Shown piece after piece: positions 1 through 10,482 of a DNA stretch of 64,000 bases. Each line of letters begins with the position of its first letter. The stretch's first letter is position 1. A model generated the notes under the pieces. That model worked only from the letters and a program-made list of their open reading frames with translations, was not told the DNA's origin and made no database searches. The translations under genes and the position numbers were made by a program. The DNA comes from Candidatus Kerfeldbacteria bacterium (GTDB taxonomy: Bacteria > Patescibacteriota > Patescibacteriia > UBA10025 > JAHIVO01), in assembly GCA_047946875.1 (NCBI GenBank), contig CP181398.1:271154-335153 (forward strand), in the 5' to 3' direction.

Positions 1-2
1 AA

Positions 3-557
3 GAAAATAATCTTGATATTAAATTTGGTGGACAATTCACTATTGATTTAGCAATTAAACATTTTAAACCAATAGTGGCTTTAAACAAGTTTGATTTTGA
101 CTATATCTTCTTTGGTCTAGAAACTATTGATCCAGAGTCTGTTGGCGGTATAGATAAGGTTCGTTCTGCTAATGGAGTAAGCTGGCTACAAAGAGCTGAA
201 AAACTATTTTGTGATCTATATGATCATGGAATTAATTCGGGGGTGTCTTTACTATTTGGTTTAGGTGAATCTAGACAGGATCGTATCAACCTTTTTGAAC
301 AAATTGGTAAATGGCAACGTGATTTTAAATTTCCAAATACCGTAAGTTTGAATTGGGCAGTGCAACATCCTCTCAAGGGCAATGATCAAGGTATGAATTA
401 TAATTATCTTAATTGGGGAATCCCTGACGATGAGTATTTAGAAGCTATGCAAATCTTTGGTGAAGCTTCTTTGCTTTATCCTATTGCTGGTCAGTCAAGT
501 CCAATACTCGCAGAAGTAAAAGAAATCAGTGAACTTTATAAAAAATTGTTATATTAG
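3..557 (+). CDS. Radical SAM protein, C-terminal part (5'-truncated by window edge)
   Basis: Frame is open from position 3; 'IFFGLETIDPES' and 'GVSLLFGLGES..DR' match radical-SAM barrel motifs; CxxxCxxC not visible in window. Confidence 0.6.
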   Translation, partial: ENNLDIKFGGQFTIDLAIKHFKPIVALNKFDFDYIFFGLETIDPESVGGIDKVRSANGVSWLQRAEKLFCDLYDHGINSGVSLLFGLGESRQDRINLFEQIGKWQRDFKFPNTVSLNWAVQHPLKGNDQGMNYNYLNWGIPDDEYLEAMQIFGEASLLYPIAGQSSPILAEVKEISELYKKLLY

Positions 558-600
558 TAAGTAATTTGCTATTATTAATGTAATAGAAAGGATAATTATT

Positions 601-1260
601 ATGGTAGATTTTTCTATCAGTTCTAAACTAAAGAAAGCTGCTCCTAATTTAGTTCTAGGGGTAGTTACTGCCTCGGTAGAAGTTACTAAGCATGACAATA
701 CACTGTGGAGTGAGATAAATGGAGTTATTAAAAAACTTAAAGATTCTATTTCCATAGAACAGTCTTTACATTTACCACCTGTAGAAGCTTTGCGTTCTGC
801 CTACAAAGCATTAGGTAAAGATCCTTCTCGTTATCGTAGTTCAGCAGAAGCTTTACTTCGTCGCATTATTCAAGGGAAAGGTTTGTATCAGATTAATACA
901 ATTGTTGATATAAATAATTTAGTTTCTTTGGAGACTATGCATTCAGTGGGCTCATATAGTTTGGACAAATTAAATAGCCCAATTGAATTCGGAGTTGGTA
1001 ATTCTGATGAACAATACAAAGGTATTGGTAAAGAGATGATTAATATTACCGAGCTGCCTGTCTTCCGAGATCAGGTTGGTCCGTTTGGATCGCCAACTAG
1101 TGATTCAGAACGAGCGATGATTTCTCTTGATGCTACTAGTATCATGATGGTAATTATTTCTTTTTCCGGTCAAAAAGGGTTGAATGATTCCATTCAACGT
1201 TTAGTTGGATTGCTTCAGGTATACTCCAAAGCTACTAATATCGAGACAGTAATAGTGTAA
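601..1260 (+). CDS. Free-standing B3/B4 domain protein (PheRS-beta-like tRNA editing family)
   Basis: 'YKALGKDPSRYRSSAEALLRR', 'INTIVDINNLVSL', 'GPFGSPTSDSERAM' family motifs. Confidence 0.85.
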   Translation: MVDFSISSKLKKAAPNLVLGVVTASVEVTKHDNTLWSEINGVIKKLKDSISIEQSLHLPPVEALRSAYKALGKDPSRYRSSAEALLRRIIQGKGLYQINTIVDINNLVSLETMHSVGSYSLDKLNSPIEFGVGNSDEQYKGIGKEMINITELPVFRDQVGPFGSPTSDSERAMISLDATSIMMVIISFSGQKGLNDSIQRLVGLLQVYSKATNIETVIV

Positions 1261-1290
1261 TCGAAAGTTGATAGAGTAGGAGGTATTATT

Positions 1291-2004
1291 TTGACAGATA
1301 ATACAAATTTCTATGCTAATGGACTTGGTGATCAATTAATTGATGAGTCATGTTATCCGCAGTCAATTAAAGATTTTTTACGTGACGAGGAAGCATACCT
1401 AACTATTATTAGTTCTTCATTCGATATTTTAGTTGAAGTTGGATGTATGCATGGACGGTATCTTGATTGGACTGTTAAGAATGGTAAGAAATATATTGGC
1501 ATTGATCCGGTGAAAAGATATATTACAGTAGGTAAGAATTCTGTAAGTTCTTTAGAATTAGATCCCGAGGATTATAAATTTATTCTTGGCTCTGCCGAAG
1601 ATTTACCTTTATTGTTATCAGATGTTTTGTCTAATCAAAGTAAAGGAAGAGTATTACTTCTTTTCCCATTTAATTGTATTGGTAATATGTCTGATTTATC
1701 AGCAGTGCTTAAGTCTGTTCATGACACAGGTTTTTCCTATCTGATAAGTACCTATAATACGGATAGCTATGCTAATTATTGCCGAATGGAGTACTATCAA
1801 CAATGTGGTTTCAAAATGATTAAGATGGATTTGAAATCAGAGGGTATTTTATTTACCTCAGTTGATGATCTACATACCATAGCGTATCATATCAATTACT
1901 TTCAATCTCAATGTGACCATGTCAATCTTGGTTGCGTGCCTATTATATTATCAAATCTATTGGTAATGTATGGTAACTTTAATGTAAGTAGTTTTATCTT
2001 ATAA
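1291..2004 (+). CDS. Class I SAM-dependent methyltransferase
   Basis: 'LVEVGCMHGR...YIGID' SAM-binding motif; AGGAGG SD before TTG start. Confidence 0.7.
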   Translation: MTDNTNFYANGLGDQLIDESCYPQSIKDFLRDEEAYLTIISSSFDILVEVGCMHGRYLDWTVKNGKKYIGIDPVKRYITVGKNSVSSLELDPEDYKFILGSAEDLPLLLSDVLSNQSKGRVLLLFPFNCIGNMSDLSAVLKSVHDTGFSYLISTYNTDSYANYCRMEYYQQCGFKMIKMDLKSEGILFTSVDDLHTIAYHINYFQSQCDHVNLGCVPIILSNLLVMYGNFNVSSFIL

Positions 2005-2038
2005 TCTCCTATGTTTTTACATGGGAGGTTTTTATTTT
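2005..2038 (+). terminator. Rho-independent terminator
   Basis: TCTCCTATGT/ACATGGGAGG hairpin followed by T-run. Confidence 0.7.
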
Positions 2039-2187
2039 ACAAAATTGTATTTTTTAACTATAATATGAATATTGTAAAGGAGCGATTTAATTAAGATTGA
2101 CATAGGATTATAAATAAGCTAACGTAAATTAAAATATGTAGTAAACGTTAGCTCTTTATAAAAATTAATTAATATATTATAGCTAGT

Positions 2188-3657
2188 ATGACAGAAAAAA
2201 TATCAAATAGGAGTAACGAAATGAGAAAAAAAGTTAAAAAAGCTGATAATCTGTCAGAGTGGTATTTAACTGTAGTACAAGAGGGTAAATTTGCTGATTA
2301 TGCCCCAGTTAAAGGAACGATGATTATTAGACCAAACGGTTATGCTCTATGGGAAGCAGTGGTGCGGATTTTTGATTTGCGTATTAAACAGATGGGCGTA
2401 GAAAATGGTTATTTTCCACTTTTTATACCGATGAGTTTTCTTGAACGTGAAAAAGATCATGTTGAAGGTTTCAGCCCTGAGCTTGCTGTCGTGACTCACG
2501 GTGGTGGCAAAAAGTTGGAAGAATCAATAGCTGTCCGGCCAACCTCTGAGACAATCATGTATGATGCATATGCAAGGTGGATAACATCATATCGTGATTT
2601 ACCTCTAAAGCTTAATCAATGGTGTAATGTTGTTCGTTGGGAAAAGAGAACTTTCCCTTTCTTGAGAACTACAGAGTTTCTCTGGCAAGAAGGTCATACT
2701 GCTCATGAAACACATGAAGAAGCTGCTAAACAAGTAGAAGCTGCTCTCAATCATTATGCAGAATTTTTGCGTGAAACTCTAGCCTTACCTATTGTAATTG
2801 GTAAGAAGTCAAAGAGTGAGACATTTGCCGGAGCTTTATATACATTTTCTTGTGAAGCTTTGATGCCTGATGGTAAAGCTTTGCAAGTGGCAACATCTCA
2901 TCATCTTGGACAGAATTTTTCCAAGGAATTAGCTTTTAACATTTCTTTTCAAAATCGTGATGATCAGCCTGACTTTGTCCATCAAACAAGTTGGGGAATG
3001 TCTACTAGAGTTATTGGTGGATTACTTATGACGCACGGTGATGACAAGGGAGCAATTATCCCACCGCGGATGGCTGCTCAGCAAATAACCGTTATTCCGA
3101 TTACGAGAAAAAATGAGGATGAAAAATTAGTATTTAATTTTACTGATCTTGTTATTTCTCAGTTGGCGAAAGATGATTACACGGCTAAAGCTGATGATAG
3201 GGAAAAAACTTCACCTGGCTCAAAATTTCATGATTGGGAAATAGTCGGAGTACCACTTAGGATTGATATTGGTCCAAACGAAGTAAAAGACAAAGCTGTT
3301 GTCGTAGTCAGACGTGACACTGGAGAAAAAGAAACAGTTGCTCTCGCTGATCTTAATAAGCGAGTTGGAGAATTACTTGAAGCAATTCAAGAAAATCTTT
3401 ATCAGAGAGCAGTTGATTTTTTGGAATCCAGAACTACTTCTGCCACGACGATGGATGATTTTCAAAAACAGATCAAAGAAACACCTGGATTTATTCGTGC
3501 TGATTGGTGTGGTGATCCTAAGTGTGAAGAAGTAATTAAAGACAAAACTTCTGCTACAGCCCGTGTTATACCGTTCGAAGAGCCAGCTGAAATTGGTAAG
3601 TGTATTGTTTGTGAAAAACAAGGTAAGTATCAACCTCTTTGGTCGAAGTCATATTAA
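2188..3657 (+). CDS. proS: Proline--tRNA ligase, archaeal/eukaryotic type
   Basis: 'RPTSETIMY', 'QWCNVVRWE', 'FLRTTEFLWQEGHT', C-terminal zinc domain ending in SY. Confidence 0.97.
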   Translation: MTEKISNRSNEMRKKVKKADNLSEWYLTVVQEGKFADYAPVKGTMIIRPNGYALWEAVVRIFDLRIKQMGVENGYFPLFIPMSFLEREKDHVEGFSPELAVVTHGGGKKLEESIAVRPTSETIMYDAYARWITSYRDLPLKLNQWCNVVRWEKRTFPFLRTTEFLWQEGHTAHETHEEAAKQVEAALNHYAEFLRETLALPIVIGKKSKSETFAGALYTFSCEALMPDGKALQVATSHHLGQNFSKELAFNISFQNRDDQPDFVHQTSWGMSTRVIGGLLMTHGDDKGAIIPPRMAAQQITVIPITRKNEDEKLVFNFTDLVISQLAKDDYTAKADDREKTSPGSKFHDWEIVGVPLRIDIGPNEVKDKAVVVVRRDTGEKETVALADLNKRVGELLEAIQENLYQRAVDFLESRTTSATTMDDFQKQIKETPGFIRADWCGDPKCEEVIKDKTSATARVIPFEEPAEIGKCIVCEKQGKYQPLWSKSY

Positions 3658-3675
3658 TTAATTTACTTTATTTAT

Positions 3676-3711
3676 AAAACCACTAACAGTTTCATAAGTT
3701 GGTGGTTTTTT
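3676..3711 (+). terminator. Rho-independent terminator after proS
   Basis: AAAACCACTAAC/GTTGGTGGTTTT hairpin plus T-run. Confidence 0.75.
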
Positions 3712-3769
3712 ATTTTGACTTAGAATCTAAAATATGGTATTTTTCAGCTAACTTTACTAATTAAGTATT

Positions 3770-4843
3770 ATGAAAAATAAAAGAATTGTTATCAAGGTTG
3801 GGACAAATGTTCTAATGTCCAATGGAGATAAATTAAAAAAAGATAATCTAATAAATATTGTCAATCAAGTTGCTTGGTTAAAAGAACAGGGTTGGCAGGC
3901 TATTTTGGTTACTTCGGGTGCTGTTGCGGCCGGACAAGATGGAATAGATCTGAAGGGTATCAAAGAGGTGGGTGTTAAACGCCAAGTTTATGCTGCGATT
4001 GGACAAGTATCGCTTATGGAATATTATCGGGAATTATTTGAAAAATTTAATATAACTATAGCTCAGGCGTTACTGATTAGAGATGATTTTGTTAATAGAA
4101 GTCGTTATTTAAATGTTCATCAAACTTTGGAACATTTACTAAACCAAAACGTTGTTACAATCATAAATGAAAATGATGTGATTACTACACATGAATCCAC
4201 CTTTGGTGATAATGATTCTCTGGCAGCAAATACTGCTATTAGTATTTCGGCAGATTATTTAATTCTCTTAACAAATATAGATGGTCTGTATGATAGTGAT
4301 CCTGCTGAAAATAAACAGGCACAATTAATTTCTGAAGTTAAAGAGTTTGATAGTAAACTAATGGATATGTGTTTTACACAAAAGGATTCATCTGGGATGG
4401 GTGGAATGATTTCAAAATTGCAGGCTGCAAAGTTAGCAACTAGTGCTGGTATTCAGACTATTGTGGCCAATGGTTTGGATAAAGATATTATAAAAAATAT
4501 TATTAATGGTAAGAAAATTGGTACAAAGTTTTTGGCTAAAAAGTTGGATATTAATAGTAAGGAGAGATGGTTTTTGAGTGGTAAGAATCTGGGTTCAGCT
4601 TTAGTAATCGATGATGGTGCAGTAAATGCACTGCTCAATAGAAAAAGTTTATTAATGGTTGGTGTAAAATCATTAAAAGGTAGTTTCAAAGTAGATGAAG
4701 TTATTGAAATATTGAATCAAAATAATAAAACAATTGGATATGGACGTATTAATTTTGATTCCATTGAATTGAAGAATGCTTTTAAAAATCCTAAATCATT
4801 GCCACGAGAAATAATTCACGCTGATAATTTATTGATAATTTAG
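3770..4843 (+). CDS. proB: Glutamate 5-kinase with PUA domain
   Basis: 'IVIKVGT', 'LVTSGAVAAG', 'INEND', 'FGDNDSLAA', 'GGMISKL'. Confidence 0.95.
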   Translation: MKNKRIVIKVGTNVLMSNGDKLKKDNLINIVNQVAWLKEQGWQAILVTSGAVAAGQDGIDLKGIKEVGVKRQVYAAIGQVSLMEYYRELFEKFNITIAQALLIRDDFVNRSRYLNVHQTLEHLLNQNVVTIINENDVITTHESTFGDNDSLAANTAISISADYLILLTNIDGLYDSDPAENKQAQLISEVKEFDSKLMDMCFTQKDSSGMGGMISKLQAAKLATSAGIQTIVANGLDKDIIKNIINGKKIGTKFLAKKLDINSKERWFLSGKNLGSALVIDDGAVNALLNRKSLLMVGVKSLKGSFKVDEVIEILNQNNKTIGYGRINFDSIELKNAFKNPKSLPREIIHADNLLII

Positions 4844-4845
4844 AT

Positions 4846-5673
4846 ATGAATTTAAAAAAAATAAAATTTGGTATTATTGGTGGAGGAGTAATGGGAGAAG
4901 TACTAATAAAATCATTAAGACAAGAATTAAAGATTTCTGGTCAGAATATTTTGGTTATGGATTTACATACAGTTCGGAGAAATAGTTTGACTAGGAAATA
5001 TCAAGTCAAAAATACCAAAGAGTATAATGATATAATTAATAATTCTAAGATTATATTTTTGGCTGTAAAACCTCAACAATTCAAGCAAGTTGCTTCGCAA
5101 TTAACAAAAAGATTATCTAAAGACCGAATCATTATCTCAATCATGGCTGGAATAACTTTGGCAGGTATCAAAAAACGTCTATCTCATCAGCAGGTTGTCC
5201 GAACAATGCCAAATATGGCTGCTCAGATTGGTTCAGGAATAACTCTATGGATGGCTGATAAAAGTGTGAAACAGTCAGATCGAAAAATAATTAAGGATGT
5301 GATTACTTCTTTTGGTATGGAGATAGAAGTTGATAGTGATAAAAAAATTGATGCTTTAACATTAGTTACTGGGTGTGGACCAGCTTATCTTTTACATTTG
5401 TCAGGAATTTTAGAAGATTTTACCAAACAACAAGGTATTAAATCAATTCAAGCAAAAAAAATAGTTACTGAGATGATGGCTGGAGCTTTGGTTTTATACT
5501 TACAGTCAAACAAAGATACAAAAGATTTGATTAATAATATGTCATCAAAAGGTGGCGTGACTGAAGCTGTGTTTGATATATTATCCAAGAAGAATAAATC
5601 AGAAAAAATATGGCAAAATGCTTTTAAAAATGCATTGAAACGAACATCAATAATAAGTAAAAAATATGAATAA
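4846..5673 (+). CDS. proC: Pyrroline-5-carboxylate reductase
   Basis: 'GIIGGGVMG', 'LAVKPQ', 'ISIMAG', 'RTMPN', 'GCGPAY', 'SKGGVT'. Confidence 0.93.
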   Translation: MNLKKIKFGIIGGGVMGEVLIKSLRQELKISGQNILVMDLHTVRRNSLTRKYQVKNTKEYNDIINNSKIIFLAVKPQQFKQVASQLTKRLSKDRIIISIMAGITLAGIKKRLSHQQVVRTMPNMAAQIGSGITLWMADKSVKQSDRKIIKDVITSFGMEIEVDSDKKIDALTLVTGCGPAYLLHLSGILEDFTKQQGIKSIQAKKIVTEMMAGALVLYLQSNKDTKDLINNMSSKGGVTEAVFDILSKKNKSEKIWQNAFKNALKRTSIISKKYE

Positions 5674-6925
5674 AAATTTTTATAATACCGTAAAAAAAAT
5701 TAAACTGATTTCACGTAATTTTTCTATTATTAGTACCGGTAAAAAGAATAAGATATTGGTTGATTTAGCAAAAGAGATTAACAAAAATAAAAAAATTATT
5801 CTAAAGGCGAATACAAAAGATCTAGCAAAATTTTCTGCCAAACATCCTTTATATGACCGTTTACTATTAACTGAAGAGAGAATAGAAGGAATAGTTGCAA
5901 GCATCAAATCAGTTGTGAAATTAACAGATCCTATTGGTCAAGTATTAGATAAAAGAGTATTAAAAAATAAAATTAAAGTATCACGAGTTCGGGTTCCTTT
6001 TGGAGTAATTGGTGTAATTTATGAATCTCGTCCTAACGTTACTATAGAAGTTGCTAGTCTTTGCATTAAGACTGGAAATACAGTAATACTTCGTGGTGGA
6101 AGTGATGCTGCAAATACAAACGAAGTGCTTGTTAAACTGATTCAAAAAACATTAGTAAAAAATAAATTATCAAAAGATATTGTTTATCTTGCATCATCAA
6201 AAGATAGGTCTGCCGTGAGTGATATGATGGCGATGGATGATTTGATTGATGTAATTATCCCGCGTGGAGGAAAAGGGTTGATAAATTTTGTTAGAGAGAA
6301 TTCTTTAGTACCTGTGATAGAGACAGGTGCCGGAGTTTGTCACACTTACGTAGAGTCCACAGCTGATATTAATAGAGCAGTGGAAATTATTTTTAATGCT
6401 AAGACGCAACGACCTTCTGTTTGCAATGCACTTGATACAGTTGTTGTAGATAAGAAAATACTTAATAAATTATTACCCAAATTAGCTAAACGATTACAAG
6501 ACAAAAAAGTAGTCATAAAAGCAGATGCTCAGAGTTTTGCTATCCTTCAAAAATATTACTCTAAAAATTTATTAAAAAGATCTACTAGCAAGGATTATGG
6601 TAAAGAGTTTATGAGTTTAACTATGGCCATTAAAACAGTTAAGGATTTTAATGAAGCGTTGAACTTTGTTCAAGCAAATACTTCTGGTCATTCTGAAGCA
6701 ATACTAAGTAAAAATAAGAAATATATAGAAACGTTTTTAGGTATAGTAGATGCAGCTGCTGTTTATGCTAATACTTCGACGCGTTATACAGATGGTTTCG
6801 AATTTGGTTTAGGTGCTGAGATAGGAATTAGTACACAGAAATTACACGCAAGAGGTCCTATGGGACTTGAAGCATTAACGTCATACAAATGGGTAATAGT
6901 TGGGCAAGGACAAGTTAGACCTTAG
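5666..6925 (+). CDS. proA: Glutamate-5-semialdehyde dehydrogenase
   Basis: 'GVIYESRPNVT', 'PSVCNALDT', 'GAEIGISTQKLHARGPMGL'. Confidence 0.97.
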   Translation: MNKNFYNTVKKIKLISRNFSIISTGKKNKILVDLAKEINKNKKIILKANTKDLAKFSAKHPLYDRLLLTEERIEGIVASIKSVVKLTDPIGQVLDKRVLKNKIKVSRVRVPFGVIGVIYESRPNVTIEVASLCIKTGNTVILRGGSDAANTNEVLVKLIQKTLVKNKLSKDIVYLASSKDRSAVSDMMAMDDLIDVIIPRGGKGLINFVRENSLVPVIETGAGVCHTYVESTADINRAVEIIFNAKTQRPSVCNALDTVVVDKKILNKLLPKLAKRLQDKKVVIKADAQSFAILQKYYSKNLLKRSTSKDYGKEFMSLTMAIKTVKDFNEALNFVQANTSGHSEAILSKNKKYIETFLGIVDAAAVYANTSTRYTDGFEFGLGAEIGISTQKLHARGPMGLEALTSYKWVIVGQGQVRP

Positions 6926-7088
6926 CTAGATTATGCAATTATATATAGTAAATATAGGCATCCTTGCCAATAGTTAGTTTTTTTGATAAGATATGTTATA
7001 AAAGAAATACAAGTTCTACTGAAATAAAGAGCCGGATTATAGTATAGCTCTTTAATAACCAAAAACCATTTATCGGAGGTATTATCAG

Positions 7089-8447
7089 ATGACGGAGAAA
7101 TTTAAAACTCCTGATCCAACCATGCCCACTTCCGCAGACGTAGTTGTTATCGGAGGCGGTACTATTGGTGCTCTGGTTACTTTACAATTGCAGGAAGCGG
7201 GCTTGAAGACAGTCTGTGTGGAAGCGCACAGTACTAATTTTGGCAGTTCTAGTCGTTCAGCTGCCGCAGCTCGTCAACAGTTTGGTATGGAAGCCAATAT
7301 TACGATGCAACTCTATTCTGTGGATTTTTTCGCAAATTGGAAAAAAACTTTAGGTGGCACAACGCCACCAATGCATCAAGTTGGCTATCATTTCATGTTC
7401 GACAACAATTTTACAGACAATGGCAGTACTCGGGTTGACTCTAAGGCTGTCGTAGCTGCGAAACTCAAACGAGTTGAAAAGCAACGAGCTCTCGGACTCA
7501 ATGATGTAGAATTATTGATGCCGGATGAAGTAGCCGAACGTTTTCCCTACGTTGATACTTCTGAGTTGGCCTGCTCAACTTTTTGCCAGACAGATGGATA
7601 TTGTTATCCTAATGTCATCACCAATGATGGTTTCGATCGAGCCAAATCTTTAGGAGCAACTTTGCTTCAAAATACTTTGGTTTCAGGATTTAAAACTGAC
7701 AGTAATGGTAACATTACGGCAGTTGTAACCAACAAAGGTGAGATACCTTGTCAGTATGTAGTTAATGCTGCTGGTGTCTGGGCATCACGAGTTGGTGATA
7801 TGGTAGGTACAGAATTACCAATCAGTCCAGTACGACGCTATCTGTATTTTATGGGTCCTAATCTTGGTCAACTTGATTATGATTCATTTGCTAAGAAGAA
7901 TAATCTGCCTATGCCTATGTCAGATATGCCCTTCACGGTCACTCCTAATGGTGCTTACTGTCGTGCTGATGGTAAACAATTCATGCTCGGTTGGGACCGT
8001 CGTCCATCGGAAGATGTAATATATGATTTACCTAGTTTGGTAGATCATGACGCTTCTATTCAAGCACAGGATATCATTCAAGATGGTTTTAGAACCAATG
8101 ATGATCCGAGCTATGCTGAAGAGATGTGTATGGAAGTATCTGAACGACTTCCGTTCGTATTGGATCATTGTGGCTTTGCTTCTGCCACTTCCGGTTTCTA
8201 TGGAATTACGGCTGATCATAGTCCAATTATCAGTTTTGATTCTAATGCTAAGAATTTGATTCATTGCACCGGTTTTTCTGGTCATGGAATCATGCAAGGT
8301 CCAGCGGCTGGTAAGTTAGTGATAGATCTTATCACTGGTAATACTAGTCCTATTGTTGATCCTTTTGTTTATAGCTTAGGTGGTCTTTTGAGTCATCTTA
8401 ATGGTGATACAAAAAATGCTCGTCCGGCTGAGCACATGGTTATCTAA
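7089..8447 (+). CDS. FAD-dependent oxidoreductase, DAO/sarcosine oxidase beta/dye-linked proline dehydrogenase family
   Basis: 'VVVIGGGTIG' Rossmann fold, 'VVNAAGVWA', 'TADHSPII', 'GFSGHGIMQGPAAG'. Confidence 0.85.
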   Translation: MTEKFKTPDPTMPTSADVVVIGGGTIGALVTLQLQEAGLKTVCVEAHSTNFGSSSRSAAAARQQFGMEANITMQLYSVDFFANWKKTLGGTTPPMHQVGYHFMFDNNFTDNGSTRVDSKAVVAAKLKRVEKQRALGLNDVELLMPDEVAERFPYVDTSELACSTFCQTDGYCYPNVITNDGFDRAKSLGATLLQNTLVSGFKTDSNGNITAVVTNKGEIPCQYVVNAAGVWASRVGDMVGTELPISPVRRYLYFMGPNLGQLDYDSFAKKNNLPMPMSDMPFTVTPNGAYCRADGKQFMLGWDRRPSEDVIYDLPSLVDHDASIQAQDIIQDGFRTNDDPSYAEEMCMEVSERLPFVLDHCGFASATSGFYGITADHSPIISFDSNAKNLIHCTGFSGHGIMQGPAAGKLVIDLITGNTSPIVDPFVYSLGGLLSHLNGDTKNARPAEHMVI

Positions 8448-8481
8448 TAAAAGGTTTGTAATATGGAACTGTTTGAAAGTT

Positions 8482-8517
8482 AACCTCAGAATTATTAAAA
8501 TAATTCTGGGGTTTTTT
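8482..8517 (+). terminator. Terminator between convergent genes
   Basis: AACCTCAGAATTA/TAATTCTGGGGTT hairpin plus T-run. Confidence 0.75.
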
Positions 8518-8543
8518 ATTCTAATTTATGGAAATAATAAAAT

Positions 8544-9074
8544 TTATACTTGGTAGACACGTACTTTGCTTGATTTTGTATTGCCAGGATCAAGGTCAAT
8601 GATTTGTATTTCTTTTTCATTTTCTATTTTATCACCTAGTACTATAACTTTGGTGCCTGTCTTACATTCTTTTTTTATTTTTTCCCATATTTTGGCTACT
8701 ACGGACTCGATTAGAAAAAGGTAAATCATATCAGCATTTGAAATATTTGCGGAAAAAAAATCTTTACGAATAAATTTGATTTTTGAACCAATTAATTTGG
8801 CTTTGATTTTAGAAAACAAAACATGTAGAGAAGATAGTTCATATCCTACAAGTTCTTTTGGATTGAATTTTTCTGTTGCGAATAAGAAGTCTCCTTTACC
8901 ACTACCAAGATCATATATGATAGTTTGGTCTGATATTTTTACTTTATCAAAAATTTTGACTACATATTTTTTGTCTATAATTACAAACGGGACTTTTACT
9001 CTTGAATATAAAAATAGTAGGTAAATTAAATATAGTATTGGTAGAATAAAAATAATATAAGTAAATGTTTTCAT
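8544..9074 (-). CDS. Membrane-anchored SAM-dependent methyltransferase
   Basis: N-terminal TM helix, 'VPFV', 'YDLGSGKG', 'VGYE', 'KDFF'. Confidence 0.8.
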   Translation of the reverse strand: MKTFTYIIFILPILYLIYLLFLYSRVKVPFVIIDKKYVVKIFDKVKISDQTIIYDLGSGKGDFLFATEKFNPKELVGYELSSLHVLFSKIKAKLIGSKIKFIRKDFFSANISNADMIYLFLIESVVAKIWEKIKKECKTGTKVIVLGDKIENEKEIQIIDLDPGNTKSSKVRVYQV

Positions 9075-9188
9075 AGATTAATCTTAATTTGTTGTTTTTA
9101 TAATAGCATGGTATTAGATAAATAAATCTCTTATATTAAATTGAATTTTCTGTTAGAATAATATTATAAGATAATTAAATATATTAGT

Positions 9189-10472
9189 ATGATAATGAGT
9201 AAACATATTAAATTAGTCCTAGTAATAGGTGTTTTGTTGTTTCCCATTATTGCCTTAGCATTTGGGGCAGATGAATGTGAAAATGGTTATGTTTGGGAGC
9301 CAAAGAGTGGAGTAGGGTGTGTTCAGGAAGATTGTAATATTATCCCTAATGCTCATTATTCTTATGTTCAGGACTGTGTCTGTGGCTCTTCTGGTAGTAT
9401 GTATGAAGATCCTTTGGATTCTAATACCGAGTGCTACTATCCTTTTGATTATGAGAGTTGCCCTAGTTGCGTTTATGCTTGTGTGGGTGCTGATGAGGAG
9501 TGTCCAGCATTGGAAAGAGATAATTATGTGGAAGAATTGCCACCAGTTGTTAACACCAATACCAATCTAAATACCAATCAAAGTACAAATACAAATTTTA
9601 TTCAGAATGTTAATGTATCTTTATCTACCACTGGAGTAGCGACTACAAGTTGGTCGTGTCAGGATCATTGTAAAACATTTTTAAGGGGTCATAAGAATGC
9701 CGAGCTGGTTTCATTCGAAGGAGATTATCCAGATTGTAAATGTCAGATAGATGTTAAAGATAGTCTGAATCAGCTGACTAATACAATCTCAGTGGATGGT
9801 GATGAGCAGACAACTTATACTTATGGCAAAGATGGTAGCTTAATAAAAAAAGTAAAAATAAATCGTAAAGATGAGGTTGAAAAAGTTCGGATCAGAATAG
9901 GCTTTAAATATACCCAAGAAGAGATTGATAAAATATTGGATCCAGCCAAAATTGATGTATGGTTCCAGGATAAGATTAAAGACATTAAAACTGAAACCAA
10001 CGAGTGGAATGCTCAATTTTGGTGGCAACACATGGTGGCAATTTGGGATCATGGCCGTAATGGTAATAGTGCTACATTTGTAGATACTTATCAGTTTGGT
10101 CGTTGTGGAGACTCTATGCTTTGGTTGGAACGTGATTTGCTCAATAAATTGGAAATTGGCAAAGACCCAGATAACCCCGGTCATAAATATGAAGGAATCT
10201 TATCAATTACCGGTGAAAAATATGGCAATATGCTTAATCATACTTCTTTAATGATAAGACCCCAAGGAATATCAAATATTGAGTGGGAAAGCCTTGTAAA
10301 AGAATTAAAGAAATTGTCTGGTGGAGAAGAAAGTAATCCCGGTATTAAAGGAGGTGATTTGAAAAATGTGGATCCCAGGTTATTGGATGCGAAAGTTTTG
10401 GATCCATATAAAAAAGAAGTGACGACGGTCCGGGAGTTTATCAAGGGTTGGTCTTATATTAGAATCGGTTAA
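9189..10472 (+). CDS. Secreted cysteine-rich hypothetical protein
   Basis: Signal peptide ending ALA-F; Cys-rich N-domain; Asn/Thr linker. Confidence 0.7.
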   Translation: MIMSKHIKLVLVIGVLLFPIIALAFGADECENGYVWEPKSGVGCVQEDCNIIPNAHYSYVQDCVCGSSGSMYEDPLDSNTECYYPFDYESCPSCVYACVGADEECPALERDNYVEELPPVVNTNTNLNTNQSTNTNFIQNVNVSLSTTGVATTSWSCQDHCKTFLRGHKNAELVSFEGDYPDCKCQIDVKDSLNQLTNTISVDGDEQTTYTYGKDGSLIKKVKINRKDEVEKVRIRIGFKYTQEEIDKILDPAKIDVWFQDKIKDIKTETNEWNAQFWWQHMVAIWDHGRNGNSATFVDTYQFGRCGDSMLWLERDLLNKLEIGKDPDNPGHKYEGILSITGEKYGNMLNHTSLMIRPQGISNIEWESLVKELKKLSGGEESNPGIKGGDLKNVDPRLLDAKVLDPYKKEVTTVREFIKGWSYIRIG

Positions 10473-10482
10473 CCGAAAGAAT

